Origin: Bdellovibrionota bacterium
Lineage (GTDB): Bacteria > Bdellovibrionota_G > JALEGL01 > DATDPG01
Assembly (NCBI GenBank): GCA_963668355.1
Contig: OY764265.1
Coordinates: 2,560,001-2,624,000 of the forward strand
Direction of reading: 5' to 3'
DNA: 64,000 nt
The translations under genes were made by a program, and so were the position numbers. The notes under the pieces were generated by a model that was given only the letters and a program-made list of their open reading frames with translations, was not told where the DNA came from and did no database searches. Below are positions 20,377 to 31,262 of the stretch, in pieces. Position 1 is the stretch's first letter. Each line of letters begins with the position of its first letter.

Positions 20377-20735
20377 TGAGAAACCTTTCTTCGGATTTCT
20401 CGCTCATCCAATGTGCCATACTTTCGCCAAAGACGAATCAATAACGAAAGGGCTACGCCCGTCGTAGCCACGCCAACCACAATCGCCGTAAGCATCAAGG
20501 CATGTGGAAGGGGATTCACATAGGTAGAATTTTGAAGGCCCTCTTCCAAAATGGGGGGAGTGCCTCCCGTTTTTGCGGCCACCGTAATGAAGAAAAAGAT
20601 GACAGAAACCTGGAGAATGTTCATGGCCATGAGTTTTCGCATGAGATTGGGGTGCAATAACATTCCCGTCAGGCCCACGAGAAAGAGTGCGGCAATGAGC
20701 CAATAGTTTAGGTATCCGAGGATGAAGTCCATCAT
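20373..20735 (-). CDS. mrpC: Mrp antiporter subunit C
   Basis: NPLPHALMLTAIVVGVA; YGTLDE. Confidence 0.92.
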   Translation of the reverse strand: MMDFILGYLNYWLIAALFLVGLTGMLLHPNLMRKLMAMNILQVSVIFFFITVAAKTGGTPPILEEGLQNSTYVNPLPHALMLTAIVVGVATTGVALSLLIRLWRKYGTLDEREIRRKVSQ

Positions 20736-21169
20736 GGGGAGCCTTCCTCTCCAACCAAACTTTCATAAATGAGAAAGAGAATTCCAGTCACGGTTAAGGC
20801 GACTCCTATTTCGATCCCCAACGTTCCCAATGCTCGAACATGGGCCTCGTCTCCATGGAAAGGTAACCCGGCATAGTCCAGAAATTTTCGGCCGTAGAAA
20901 AGAACCCACGTTCCGATTCCGGCATAGAGCGTCAGACCGAAAGCGGCGAGATAAAGAGCGGTTTTGGAAGAGATTCCCCAAGATGGTTTTTCACCTGATG
21001 AAACCATGCGGAGCATGATGAACGTGACGGCAATGAGTGTGCCTCCCTGAAAACCTCCTCCCGGACTGTAATGGCCATGAAGAATGACATATACGGCGAA
21101 GAGAAGAACAAAAGGAGCCAAAAGGCGTACAGCCAAATTCAATATTTCACTGCCAAAAGATGGCTTCAC
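20732..21169 (-). CDS. mrpB: Mrp antiporter subunit B (MnhB domain)
   Basis: HGHYSPGGGFQGG; GTG start at 21169 overlaps the upstream TGA. Confidence 0.88.
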   Translation of the reverse strand: MKPSFGSEILNLAVRLLAPFVLLFAVYVILHGHYSPGGGFQGGTLIAVTFIMLRMVSSGEKPSWGISSKTALYLAAFGLTLYAGIGTWVLFYGRKFLDYAGLPFHGDEAHVRALGTLGIEIGVALTVTGILFLIYESLVGEEGSP

Positions 21170-21441
21170 GACTTTCTTCTCCAACCTAAAATGAGAAGAC
21201 AAGCCATTCCGGCCGTAAAAATGACAACCGTTTCTCCAAGTGTGTCGTAACCCCTGTAATCGGCGAGAACGGCTGTGACGAAATTGGGAGCCCCTGTTTC
21301 TTCATAGCTCTTGGCTACATACCGATCCGAAACATGTTGATTCGGGGCGTTTACACTTGCTCCAATGGGGGCCAAGTCTTGAGAGGCCAGGCCAAATAAT
21401 ACAAGAGCGATCAATGCCGTAATTGTGGCGGTGAACTTCAT
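21166..21441 (-). CDS. MbhE-like small Mrp subunit
   Basis: PNFVTAVLADYRGYDTLGE. Confidence 0.85.
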   Translation of the reverse strand: MKFTATITALIALVLFGLASQDLAPIGASVNAPNQHVSDRYVAKSYEETGAPNFVTAVLADYRGYDTLGETVVIFTAGMACLLILGWRRKS

Positions 21442-21683
21442 GTGTGGGGCCTTTCGCGTGTTACGTGAAGGGCAGCTACAAAAAAGACTGTGGTGATGCC
21501 GGCGCCGACTGCGGCTTCCGTAAAGGCCACGTCCAAGGCATCCAACAAGAGAAAGAGAAGGGCCGAAAAAAAACTGAAAGCCCCAAAAATGATGACGGCC
21601 GAAAGCAATTTTTCAACTTTCAATGCAGCAATTCCGCAGACCAAAGCAAAAATCAGCAGAATGGTGTCCAAAGGGGCGATCAT
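21438..21683 (-). CDS. DUF4040/MbhD-like small Mrp subunit
   Basis: ALDVAFTEAAVGAGITT; ATG 21683 overlaps the mrpG stop. Confidence 0.85.
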   Translation of the reverse strand: MIAPLDTILLIFALVCGIAALKVEKLLSAVIIFGAFSFFSALLFLLLDALDVAFTEAAVGAGITTVFFVAALHVTRERPHT

Positions 21684-21982
21684 GAATGTTCCTTGTTCTC
21701 CCAAATTTTCAATCCCGACTTCCGAGCGGCCCTTGCCAATGCATGTGTCAAGATTGGGTTTGCGAAAGCGACGAAAATCAAAATCAAAAGAATCTTAAAA
21801 CTATCCATGGACCAGCCGTGATAAAGGGCCAAAGCTCCAAGCATGAGGGAAACTCCCAAGGTGTCGGACTTTCCTTGGGCGTGTAGTCGCGAATAAAAGT
21901 CAGGCAATCTTAGAATCCCCACGATTCCTGCGAATACAAAAAAGAATCCCAATGAAAAAAGCAAGATCACAAGGACATTCAT
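21680..21982 (-). CDS. mrpG: Mrp antiporter subunit G
   Basis: GILRLPDFYSRLHA...DTLG; NPILTHALARAA. Confidence 0.92.
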   Translation of the reverse strand: MNVLVILLFSLGFFFVFAGIVGILRLPDFYSRLHAQGKSDTLGVSLMLGALALYHGWSMDSFKILLILIFVAFANPILTHALARAARKSGLKIWENKEHS

Positions 21983-22251
21983 GGCTCGGATCGTCCTCCG
22001 ATTTCAAAGTACTTGGCGATGGCCAGTGGGCCAATGAAGCCGATTAAGCCATAGGTCAGGGCAATGTCGATGTAGAGATCCACACGACCTTGCAAGATTC
22101 CCAAGAGAATGATGAGAACAACGGTTTTAGTTCCGATCAATCCCAAACCGGTCAGACGATCAAAATTGGTGGGTCCTTTCAAAACCCGATACAAGGAAAG
22201 AATCATGACTCCGCCCAACAGAATGCTCATGATGTAATAGAACGTGTTCAT
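21979..22251 (-). CDS. mrpF: Mrp antiporter subunit F
   Basis: RVLKGPTNFDR; IDIALTYGLIGFIG. Confidence 0.92.
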   Translation of the reverse strand: MNTFYYIMSILLGGVMILSLYRVLKGPTNFDRLTGLGLIGTKTVVLIILLGILQGRVDLYIDIALTYGLIGFIGPLAIAKYFEIGGRSEP

Positions 22252-22718
22252 GACCGGGCTCCAAAAATGGATTGGATGCGCCGAATCATGTCTCCAGGCT
22301 CCTCTTCGGAACCTGCGAGCGCAGACAAGCTCGATTCCATAAGAGCATGGACTTCAAATTCGTCCTCTTGAACATCCACCGTGACGGTTCCTGGGGTCAG
22401 GGTGATGGAGTTGGCCAAAGCCAATTTGGCGATCGGTTTTTTTAGGCCCGTTTTAAATTTAACCAAACGGGGAGAAATGGGCATTTGGGGCTGAAAGACG
22501 GCCCAAGCAACCTGAAGATTTGCAATGATGATTTGGAGAAGAAGCCAGGGGACGTATTTCAGAAAACGAAACCGAAAGAAGACGTTCCAGTGGGTTCCCC
22601 GGTACAACGGGCGGGTATAATGGGCGACAGCCATCGCCGAGAATGCCCCCATGGTGATGTGTAAAGCATCATACTTTGGGGACAAGAGCAGCCAAAATGC
22701 AAACAGTGCTATTGCCAT
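22248..22718 (-). CDS. mrpE: Mrp antiporter subunit E
   Basis: ANLQVA; LANSITLTPGTVTVD; VHAL. Confidence 0.92.
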   Translation of the reverse strand: MAIALFAFWLLLSPKYDALHITMGAFSAMAVAHYTRPLYRGTHWNVFFRFRFLKYVPWLLLQIIIANLQVAWAVFQPQMPISPRLVKFKTGLKKPIAKLALANSITLTPGTVTVDVQEDEFEVHALMESSLSALAGSEEEPGDMIRRIQSIFGARS

Positions 22719-22730
22719 TTAATGCGCCTT

Positions 22731-24050
22731 TTATAGGACCTTCTTCGCAACCTTTCTCACAAAATCGACAGTAAGGTCTACGTATTCTTTTCTAAAATCC
22801 AAATGAGGCCTCATTCTCAAAGATTTTTCTCCGCAAGGGAGGATGATGGCGCCCTGGGAATACAAATTTTCTTGTAACTGGTTTCGAACTTTCCCATCGG
22901 GTAGGTCAAAAGCGATCATGAGGCCGCGCCCCCTGACGTTGGAAATGGAATCAAACTCTTTTTCCAGAGCTTGAAGCTGTTGGAGAAAGTAACTTCCAAC
23001 TTGAGCTGCGTTCTGAACCAACTGATCCTCTTCAATGATCTTGATGAACTGGGTGCACCGAATCATGTCCAGGAGATTTCCTCCCCAGGTTGAATTAATT
23101 CGGCTGGATTCATGAAAGACATTGTCTTTGACGTCATCCAATCGGGGGCCTGCCGCGCAGCCAGCAATCTGAGCCTTTTTGCCGAAAGACATGAGATCTG
23201 GTTTGACGTCAAAGTGTTCCCAAGCCCAGACCTTTCCGGTTAAACCCATTCCGGTTTGAACTTCGTCGAAAATCAAAAGGAACTCATGTTCATCGGCCAT
23301 TTCACGAAGTTTCTTCAAAAATTCCGGACGGAAATGATTGTCTCCTCCCTCGGATTGAATAGGTTCAATGAGGAGTCCGGCGATGTCATGGGGGTGCTCC
23401 TTAAGCGCCTTCTCGATCTCTTCCACTGCTTGTTGCTCCAGTTTCTGAGCTTCCTCGAGATGGGTCTGGTTCAACGGAAATCGGACTTTTGGATTGGTGA
23501 TTCGCGGCCACGGGAATTTCGCGAAATACATATGTTTTCGCGGGTCATCGGTATTGGTCAACGAAAGGGTGTAACCGGTTCGGCCATGGAAGGCTTGTTT
23601 GAAATGGATGATTTGTTTTCCGAGTTCTCCACGCCCGGCAGCCAGGTTTTTTCGAACTTTCCAATCGAAAGCCGCTTTTAAGGCATTTTCCACGCCCAGG
23701 GCTCCGCCTTCCACAAAGAAAAAGTATTTAAAATGATCGCGCTTTGCGAATTGGGCAAAGCGTTCGACGAATTCGGCGAATTCTTGTGTGTAGACATCGG
23801 AAAGGGAGGGGCGATCTGTGGCCCATTTGGCCATTTTTCCCAAATAGCTTTCGTCTTTCAGTTTGGGATGGTTGTAGGCAAGGGGGCGAGAGGCAAAAAA
23901 GGAGAATAGGTCCAAATATTCTTTTCCGGAGCGAGCATCATGAATGTAAGGCCCATGACTTTTTTCAGGATCAAACACCAGGTCCATTCCATCTGCAAGC
24001 ATGTGCTGGCCAAGTCGTTCATGTAGGTTTTGTGAAGTAATTTCAGTCAT
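22731..24050 (-). CDS. lat: L-lysine 6-(epsilon)-aminotransferase (class III PLP enzyme)
   Basis: FFVEGGALGVENALKAAFDWK, AFHGRTGY, EPIQSEGGDNHF, FDEVQTG, FGKK, RINSTWGGNL. Confidence 0.88.
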   Translation of the reverse strand: MTEITSQNLHERLGQHMLADGMDLVFDPEKSHGPYIHDARSGKEYLDLFSFFASRPLAYNHPKLKDESYLGKMAKWATDRPSLSDVYTQEFAEFVERFAQFAKRDHFKYFFFVEGGALGVENALKAAFDWKVRKNLAAGRGELGKQIIHFKQAFHGRTGYTLSLTNTDDPRKHMYFAKFPWPRITNPKVRFPLNQTHLEEAQKLEQQAVEEIEKALKEHPHDIAGLLIEPIQSEGGDNHFRPEFLKKLREMADEHEFLLIFDEVQTGMGLTGKVWAWEHFDVKPDLMSFGKKAQIAGCAAGPRLDDVKDNVFHESSRINSTWGGNLLDMIRCTQFIKIIEEDQLVQNAAQVGSYFLQQLQALEKEFDSISNVRGRGLMIAFDLPDGKVRNQLQENLYSQGAIILPCGEKSLRMRPHLDFRKEYVDLTVDFVRKVAKKVL

Positions 24051-24110
24051 TTGCGTCCCCTTTCTTGCGTTCGGCGTGGACTATACCATCGGTTGAATCA
24101 TCGTCAATGA

Positions 24111-26197
<2,087 letters not shown>

Positions 26198-26198
<1 letters not shown>

Positions 26199-26746
26199 TG
26201 AAAAAACTGACCATACTTCTTTGTTCATTGGGTTTATTTTTAGCTTCATCGGCCTATGCAGATGAAATGGGTCTCATGGTTGGCGGAGGAGCGGATCTGG
26301 ATGACTCTTATGATGCCATTTCGTTCACAGCCTTTTACTCGGGTGCGCGTGCACATAATGGTCAGCCCATTCATTTTTACTCTCCACTGACATTCAATCT
26401 TGGGGTTAGCCTTCCAGGAAATTTAAAGACCTATGCCATCCAATACACCCCGAGTGTGGAATACGATATTCGTTTGATGGGAAATGAATTCTTTGGGGGA
26501 CCCATTTTAGGCCTGGGGGTGTTTTATCAACGCACAACCGGAGGTACGGCCAAATTAAATCAACTTGGGGTTGCGATTGTTCCTGGAATTCAATTCAAAT
26601 ACTTCGTCACGGATAACATCCTTCTGCGTTTGGTTCCCGTTCAGTTTCAGATGATTCCCTGGACCTATACGGACAATGGTGTGGGAAGCGACATCCTCTT
26701 TGCTCTCCAGTATCAAGGGATGGCCGGCGTTTCGTTCATGTTCTAG
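26198..26746 (+). CDS. Small outer-membrane beta-barrel protein
   Basis: Signal peptide ending AYA; alternating aromatic strands; C-terminal Phe. Confidence 0.7.
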
Positions 26747-27648
26747 TTTTGAAACATTTCGCGAAGAGACGTGATGGGGCACTCTTCTCGGTTTTTTTCG
26801 GAGTAGAAGAAACGACGTAAACCACAAATGGTTGCCCATTTCGGATGACCAATCGCGATCACCGTTTCGCCCTTGGAGCGGCGTTGACATCCTTGTTTGA
26901 TTCGGTCTTGAGCCAGTTCAAGGTCCGCCCGATGCAACTTAAAAAATGTATCGCAGGTTTTTTGGATGTCGGGTGAAGCCGGATTCTCCGAAGAAGGAAC
27001 CCAGGCAAAATCTGAGAGGTAATCGATCTGATCGTCTAGCCAAAGATTTTGGCTCAGGACGCGGATGCGGGGACAAATGCCATTTATTTGGCAAAGCTCA
27101 CTCGCCAATATCTTTTTTCCTTCCGGCGTTCGGCACCGATTTCCACCGGGCACGGTCCCGCTATCGAGAAAGTTTAACCCTAAGGAATTCATTTCTTCCA
27201 AAAAATTCTCCATCCAAGGGGAGTCGGACGTGCAAAGACTTCCCTGGTGATTATTTAGACCGATGGCGTTGGGAAGTTGATCCAACGCTTCCAAAAGAAG
27301 GTTGCGAATTTCTTTGCGATCCATCGTGACGGCCAACCGTTTTTCTCCGGGCTTGCGGCGAATGGTAAACGCCTCCATCGGAAAGTGGATGAGATAGTCC
27401 ACATCCCTTTGATCCAATTCCTGCCCCACGCGGCGAGTTTCCGGAAGGTTTGGCATGATCGCATAAGAAATCGGAACATCTCTTTCATTCAGAACCAGGA
27501 GGGGAGCAATCCGTTGGGGAAAGCGATAACCATAGGCCGCCAGGTCGTCGATCACGATTGCATACGTGCCTTCTTCCGCCTGGAGGCCGGAAGAAGTCGC
27601 CAGGAGGCCGAAAGCCAATATGAAGGAGAATTTCCGAAGGTTCAACAT
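26743..27648 (-). CDS. Divergent polysaccharide deacetylase (YibQ-like)
   Basis: AIVIDDL, IHFPME, GLNNHQGS, FLDSGT, IAIGHP; signal peptide. Confidence 0.85.
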   Translation of the reverse strand: MLNLRKFSFILAFGLLATSSGLQAEEGTYAIVIDDLAAYGYRFPQRIAPLLVLNERDVPISYAIMPNLPETRRVGQELDQRDVDYLIHFPMEAFTIRRKPGEKRLAVTMDRKEIRNLLLEALDQLPNAIGLNNHQGSLCTSDSPWMENFLEEMNSLGLNFLDSGTVPGGNRCRTPEGKKILASELCQINGICPRIRVLSQNLWLDDQIDYLSDFAWVPSSENPASPDIQKTCDTFFKLHRADLELAQDRIKQGCQRRSKGETVIAIGHPKWATICGLRRFFYSEKNREECPITSLREMFQN

Positions 27649-27662
27649 CGTGATTTTCTAAA

Positions 27663-27678
27663 AGCAAGGCTTATGCCA
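27663..27678 (-). promoter_or_regulatory. Possible sigma54 (-24/-12) promoter for the deacetylase
   Basis: Minus strand reads TGGCAT-AAGCC-TTGCT (GG-N10-GC); it would give an almost leaderless mRNA. Confidence 0.4.
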
Positions 27679-27785
27679 CAGCAATATGCAATAAGTCTAG
27701 GGGGTTAAGGTCTTTTTTTAGAGCGAGATTGAGGCATTGTGACGTCGGTTTCCTATCAAAAGTGAACGTTTCACTTTTGATAGGT

Positions 27786-28901
27786 CTAGGGATGGAGGCC
27801 CGTTTTTTGGGCTTTTTGGAGATGCTTGAGAAACTCCTCGGGGGGAACAAATCCTACGAATGTAAGACTTTTCTCGATATAGCCACTCGGGCGCAGAAAG
27901 AGAACCGTGGGCATTCCCAGAACTCCGTATTTTTCCAAGAGGCGTTGGCTGTTTTCCCCGGTCATGTCCGACACATCCAATTTTAACCTTATATAATGTT
28001 GCCGGAGCCAAGCTTCCACCTTTGGGTTTGAGTAGGTCTCCTTATCCAATTCATTGCAGGCCTCGCACCAAGCGGCCCAGAAATCGACCAAAACCGGCTT
28101 ATCCTGCTCTCGCGCCAGCCTCAACGCGTCCGTTTCTGAGTAAATCCAAAGGGATTCGGAAGTATCTCCGGAAACCGTAGGAGAGTGGGGCTCAGGAGGC
28201 CATAAACCCACCCAAAGGGGTTTGGCAAAAAAGAATGCGGCCAGGATCATCGCGACTCCACAAAGGCGTTTGACCCAATGGAGCCAGACTCCCGATTTCG
28301 GAATGCGCGTGAGAAGCTGAGAAAACGTTCCCAAGAGGAGAAAAGGTGTGCCCATTCCCAGGCTGTAAGCAAAGAGAATCCAGAATCCCCAAAGCAAATT
28401 TCCCCCTTGAGCCACAACGGCCAGGATGCCAATGGAAACAGGTCCAGAACAAGGCGCGGCCAATACGCCAGAAGCCATTCCCATTCCGATCACCCCCCAA
28501 GGTCCTTGGCCACCGCGCTTGGAAAGCCAGGTCATGAAAGAACTCGGAAGGGTGAGATTGAATAGACCGAGCATCCCCAGTCCCAAAACCAAGAAAAGAA
28601 GCGAAATGGATCCGACGACGGCCGGATGCTGTCCCCAGCTTCCAGCCACCTTTCCTGTGGAAGCCGCCAAAACGCCTAAAACCGTATAAACGAGAGAAAT
28701 GCCCAGTACAAACAGCAAAGAAAGTCCGAAGGCACCCCAACGCGTTTTGGTTTTTTGGGCCCCCATAACGCCGAGGGTGATGGGAATGAGTGGGTATACG
28801 CAAGGAGTGAGCGCAATAGCCAATCCACCGACATAAGCAAGCGCCAAGGACCATCCAAAACCCTGATTGAGCCATTCAGCAGGTGAAGTCATTTCAAACA
28901 T
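27786..28901 (-). CDS. DsbD/CcdA-family thiol:disulfide interchange protein (TM domain plus thioredoxin domain)
   Basis: LTPCVYPLIP, APCSGP, DFWAAWCEAC, GMPT; no N-terminal Ig domain. Confidence 0.9.
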   Translation of the reverse strand: MFEMTSPAEWLNQGFGWSLALAYVGGLAIALTPCVYPLIPITLGVMGAQKTKTRWGAFGLSLLFVLGISLVYTVLGVLAASTGKVAGSWGQHPAVVGSISLLFLVLGLGMLGLFNLTLPSSFMTWLSKRGGQGPWGVIGMGMASGVLAAPCSGPVSIGILAVVAQGGNLLWGFWILFAYSLGMGTPFLLLGTFSQLLTRIPKSGVWLHWVKRLCGVAMILAAFFFAKPLWVGLWPPEPHSPTVSGDTSESLWIYSETDALRLAREQDKPVLVDFWAAWCEACNELDKETYSNPKVEAWLRQHYIRLKLDVSDMTGENSQRLLEKYGVLGMPTVLFLRPSGYIEKSLTFVGFVPPEEFLKHLQKAQKTGLHP

Positions 28902-28946
28902 CGAACCCTCCCATCATGCAGTTTTTCTCCCCTTCCGTAAAGTGGG

Positions 28947-29070
28947 GGAAGGAAGGTCGGCTGTTCCGCTCAGTTGCGATACCTCGGGGGAGGGAACCTC
29001 CCCCCCAAAAAGCTTCGCTTTTCGGCTCCCCCCCACACGCAACCAAATCGGAACAGCCGACCTTCCTTCC
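28947..29070. repeat. 124-bp element with perfect 22-bp terminal inverted repeats and two internal hairpins
   Basis: GGAAGGAAGGTCGGCTGTTCCG (28947-28968) pairs with CGGAACAGCCGACCTTCCTTCC (29049-29070). Internal hairpins GGGGGAGG-gaa-CCTCCCCC and AAAAGC-ttc-GCTTTT. Confidence 0.85.
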
Positions 29071-29087
29071 TGTTCTTTTTTAAACCT

Positions 29088-29227
29088 GCTCAAAATCGGG
29101 AAACCCAGCCCGCCTTTCCGTACAAGGGCGTGATGAAGCCTCGTTCTCGATGCAAAAAGGAAACGGGGCTGAATCCTGAACCGAAGCGTCCCTTGGTAGG
29201 GAAGGGGGTTTTATTTCCCGATGGGCT
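29088..29227 (+). ncRNA. Candidate structured RNA (multibranch, unclassified)
   Basis: Closing stem ATCGGGAAA (29095-29103)/TTTCCCGAT (29214-29222) encloses three hairpins; G-U pairs favour the + strand. Confidence 0.35.
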
Positions 29228-29354
29228 CACGTAGCAAGTCGAGGTATCGCCGTCATCCGAAAACCACCGCCTTCCCCGCCCTACACCCGTCGCGAAAAAG
29301 CAAAATTGGGGGGTCCCAAAAGGCTAAGGGTCTGGAATTTTTCAATAAAAACAC

Positions 29355-29384
29355 TTGCGCGCCTCAACCCTTTGGATCTATTAT
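29355..29384 (+). promoter_or_regulatory. Putative sigma70 promoter of ihfA
   Basis: TTGCGC, 18 nt, TATTAT; GGAGG RBS at 29421. Confidence 0.5.
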
Positions 29385-29430
29385 ATAAATTGGATTAACG
29401 GTTCATTCCTGAATCAATTCGGAGGCTTGA

Positions 29431-29715
29431 ATGGCTTATACAAAGGCGAGCATAATCGACGCGATCTGCGAAAAAATTGGGCTCCCAAAAAAGGATTCGA
29501 CTGAAATTGTTGAGCTTTTATTCGACACCATGAAAAACACGTTGGAAAAAGGCTCCAACTTGAAAATTTCCGGTTTCGGATCGTTCACGGTTCGTGAGAA
29601 AAAAGCCAGACTCGGTCGAAATCCTCAAACGGGAAATTCGATGGAAATTACGGCTCGTAGGGTTGTGACCTTCAAACCAAGTCAAGTACTAAGAGACGCC
29701 TTGAATACCGATTAA
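29431..29715 (+). CDS. ihfA: Integration host factor alpha
   Basis: KISGFGSF, RLGRNPQTG, ITARRVVTFKPSQVLR. Confidence 0.9.
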   Translation: MAYTKASIIDAICEKIGLPKKDSTEIVELLFDTMKNTLEKGSNLKISGFGSFTVREKKARLGRNPQTGNSMEITARRVVTFKPSQVLRDALNTD

Positions 29716-29767
29716 TTTTCTGAACTGTTTCAAACGGTTAAAGAAATTTTTTGGAAAAGGCCTCGGT

Positions 29768-30148
29768 CTATACTTCTTTTGTAACAAAGTGGCGGATGAT
29801 CTCAGCCTCATTGACCGATAAATCTACAAAAGTTAATCCCATTCCAGGTTCTTCTTTGTTTTTTCCTAAATAATTCCGTGCCCATACGATCTTTGCCCGA
29901 CAAGAAATTTCTTCATCTTTCGGAGGCAAGGTAAACCGAACATGAACTTCTTGGCCGGGTTCTTTGGGGTTCGGTGTTTGAATGAACATTCCTGTTGGGC
30001 TTAAATTTCTGGCGTATCCGAAAAAAACATCCCCCTCCATGGCCGCTTTAACGCGAAGGACTCGTAGAGGAATACGCAGTTCTTTTCGCTTTTCCACATC
30101 GGAATGAGAGGTCGTGGGGGCTGGAATTTTAATTTTCGTTGGCGACAT
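29768..30148 (-). CDS. Stand-alone PilZ domain protein (TIGR02266-like)
   Basis: RxxxR (KRKELR), NLSPTGMFI, PGMGLTF. Confidence 0.88.
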   Translation of the reverse strand: MSPTKIKIPAPTTSHSDVEKRKELRIPLRVLRVKAAMEGDVFFGYARNLSPTGMFIQTPNPKEPGQEVHVRFTLPPKDEEISCRAKIVWARNYLGKNKEEPGMGLTFVDLSVNEAEIIRHFVTKEV

Positions 30149-30313
30149 TGCGTTCCCTCCGGGATTGACGCATCTTACAAAAATTCACCGTTAAAACCTA
30201 GTTCATATTGTGTGCGGATCACCGGTTTTCCCAGATCTGAGCCAAATTGAAAACTTGTGGAATTTCTTGGGGTTTTCTATATAAACGCACGCCGAAAACC
30301 GGACGAAAACATC

Positions 30314-30703
30314 ATGCTTTTTAATTATGCGAACGTAATCATATTTCTTTCTTTTGCTGTCCTCTTCGTGGTTGGTAGCTTGGTTGTGGTTAAGCTGATT
30401 GCTCCCAACAAACCTTCCAAGGAAAAGGCACTTCCATATGAATGTGGCGAAGAACCCATTGGGAGTTCAAAAATTCGATTCAATTCCCGATATTTTGTTT
30501 TTGCACTTCTTTTCCTGGTCTTTGATGTGGAAATTGCCTTTCTCTACCCAACGGCCGTGGTTTTTCGGAAATGGGTCGAAAACGGATTGGGCTGGATCGC
30601 CTTTTTGGAAATAACCATTTTTCTTCTAATTTTAATGGTGGGGTTGATTTATGCCTGGGCAAGAGGTGATTTGGAGTGGGTTCGATCGGTTCGAAAGGAC
30701 TGA
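30314..30703 (+). CDS. nuoA: Complex I subunit A
   Basis: PYECGEEP, FLVFDVEIAFLYP, YAWARGDLEW. Confidence 0.95.
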   Translation: MLFNYANVIIFLSFAVLFVVGSLVVVKLIAPNKPSKEKALPYECGEEPIGSSKIRFNSRYFVFALLFLVFDVEIAFLYPTAVVFRKWVENGLGWIAFLEITIFLLILMVGLIYAWARGDLEWVRSVRKD

Positions 30704-30718
30704 TAAGGAGACTGATTC

Positions 30719-31258
30719 ATGAGTTGTCATGTTGAGACCATTTTCGAACGTTTGAAAAAAGCTTTTGGGGAATCCGTTCTTGAACTTCAGACCGAAGGAC
30801 AAAAACCTTGGATTCTTGTGAAAGCCGAACATTTGTTGGGAATCACCCAATTCTTGAGGGACGATCCAGATCTGCGTTTCGATTTTTTAAGAAATTTGTC
30901 TGCTGTGGATTATCACGAAGAGTTCGAGTTGGTTTATCTTTTGTTCTCATACAGCCAACGCCACGAAGTCACCATAAAGGTTCGATTGCCCAGAGAAGAG
31001 GCAAAGGTTGCCAGTGTTGAGGAAATTTGGCCAGCGGCTGGCTGGTACGAGAGGGAAGCTTTTGACCTTATGGGAATTGAGTTCGAAGGAAATCACGATC
31101 TTCGAAGATTGTTCATGCCCGATGATTGGGAAGGTCATCCTCTGAGAAAAGATTATCGGGAAAAAGGCGAATATCACGGAGTGAGTACGACTCGCGAGTA
31201 CGAAACGGGCATGCCCGTTCTACCAACCTTGGCTCCATCTCCAAAGGAAGAAAGGTAA
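30719..31258 (+). CDS. nuoC: Complex I subunit C
   Basis: [32 protein letters not shown]. Confidence 0.95.
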   Translation: MSCHVETIFERLKKAFGESVLELQTEGQKPWILVKAEHLLGITQFLRDDPDLRFDFLRNLSAVDYHEEFELVYLLFSYSQRHEVTIKVRLPREEAKVASVEEIWPAAGWYEREAFDLMGIEFEGNHDLRRLFMPDDWEGHPLRKDYREKGEYHGVSTTREYETGMPVLPTLAPSPKEER

Positions 31259-31262
31259 GGTC

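Noticed and set aside
15584..22718. Membrane-bound hydrogenase (Mbh/Ech)
   Set aside because: There are no NiFe large or small subunits or Fe-S proteins in the operon, and NuoD in the other operon lacks NiFe CxxC motifs.
28940..28970. SRP RNA, suggested by GGAAGGAAG
   Set aside because: It lacks the flanking CAGG...AGCAG domain IV internal loop.
28867..29234. Short ORFs of 66-88 aa in the dsbD-ihfA spacer
   Set aside because: They are Pro/Gly/Arg-biased read-through of GC-rich hairpins, with no RBS and no recognisable motifs.
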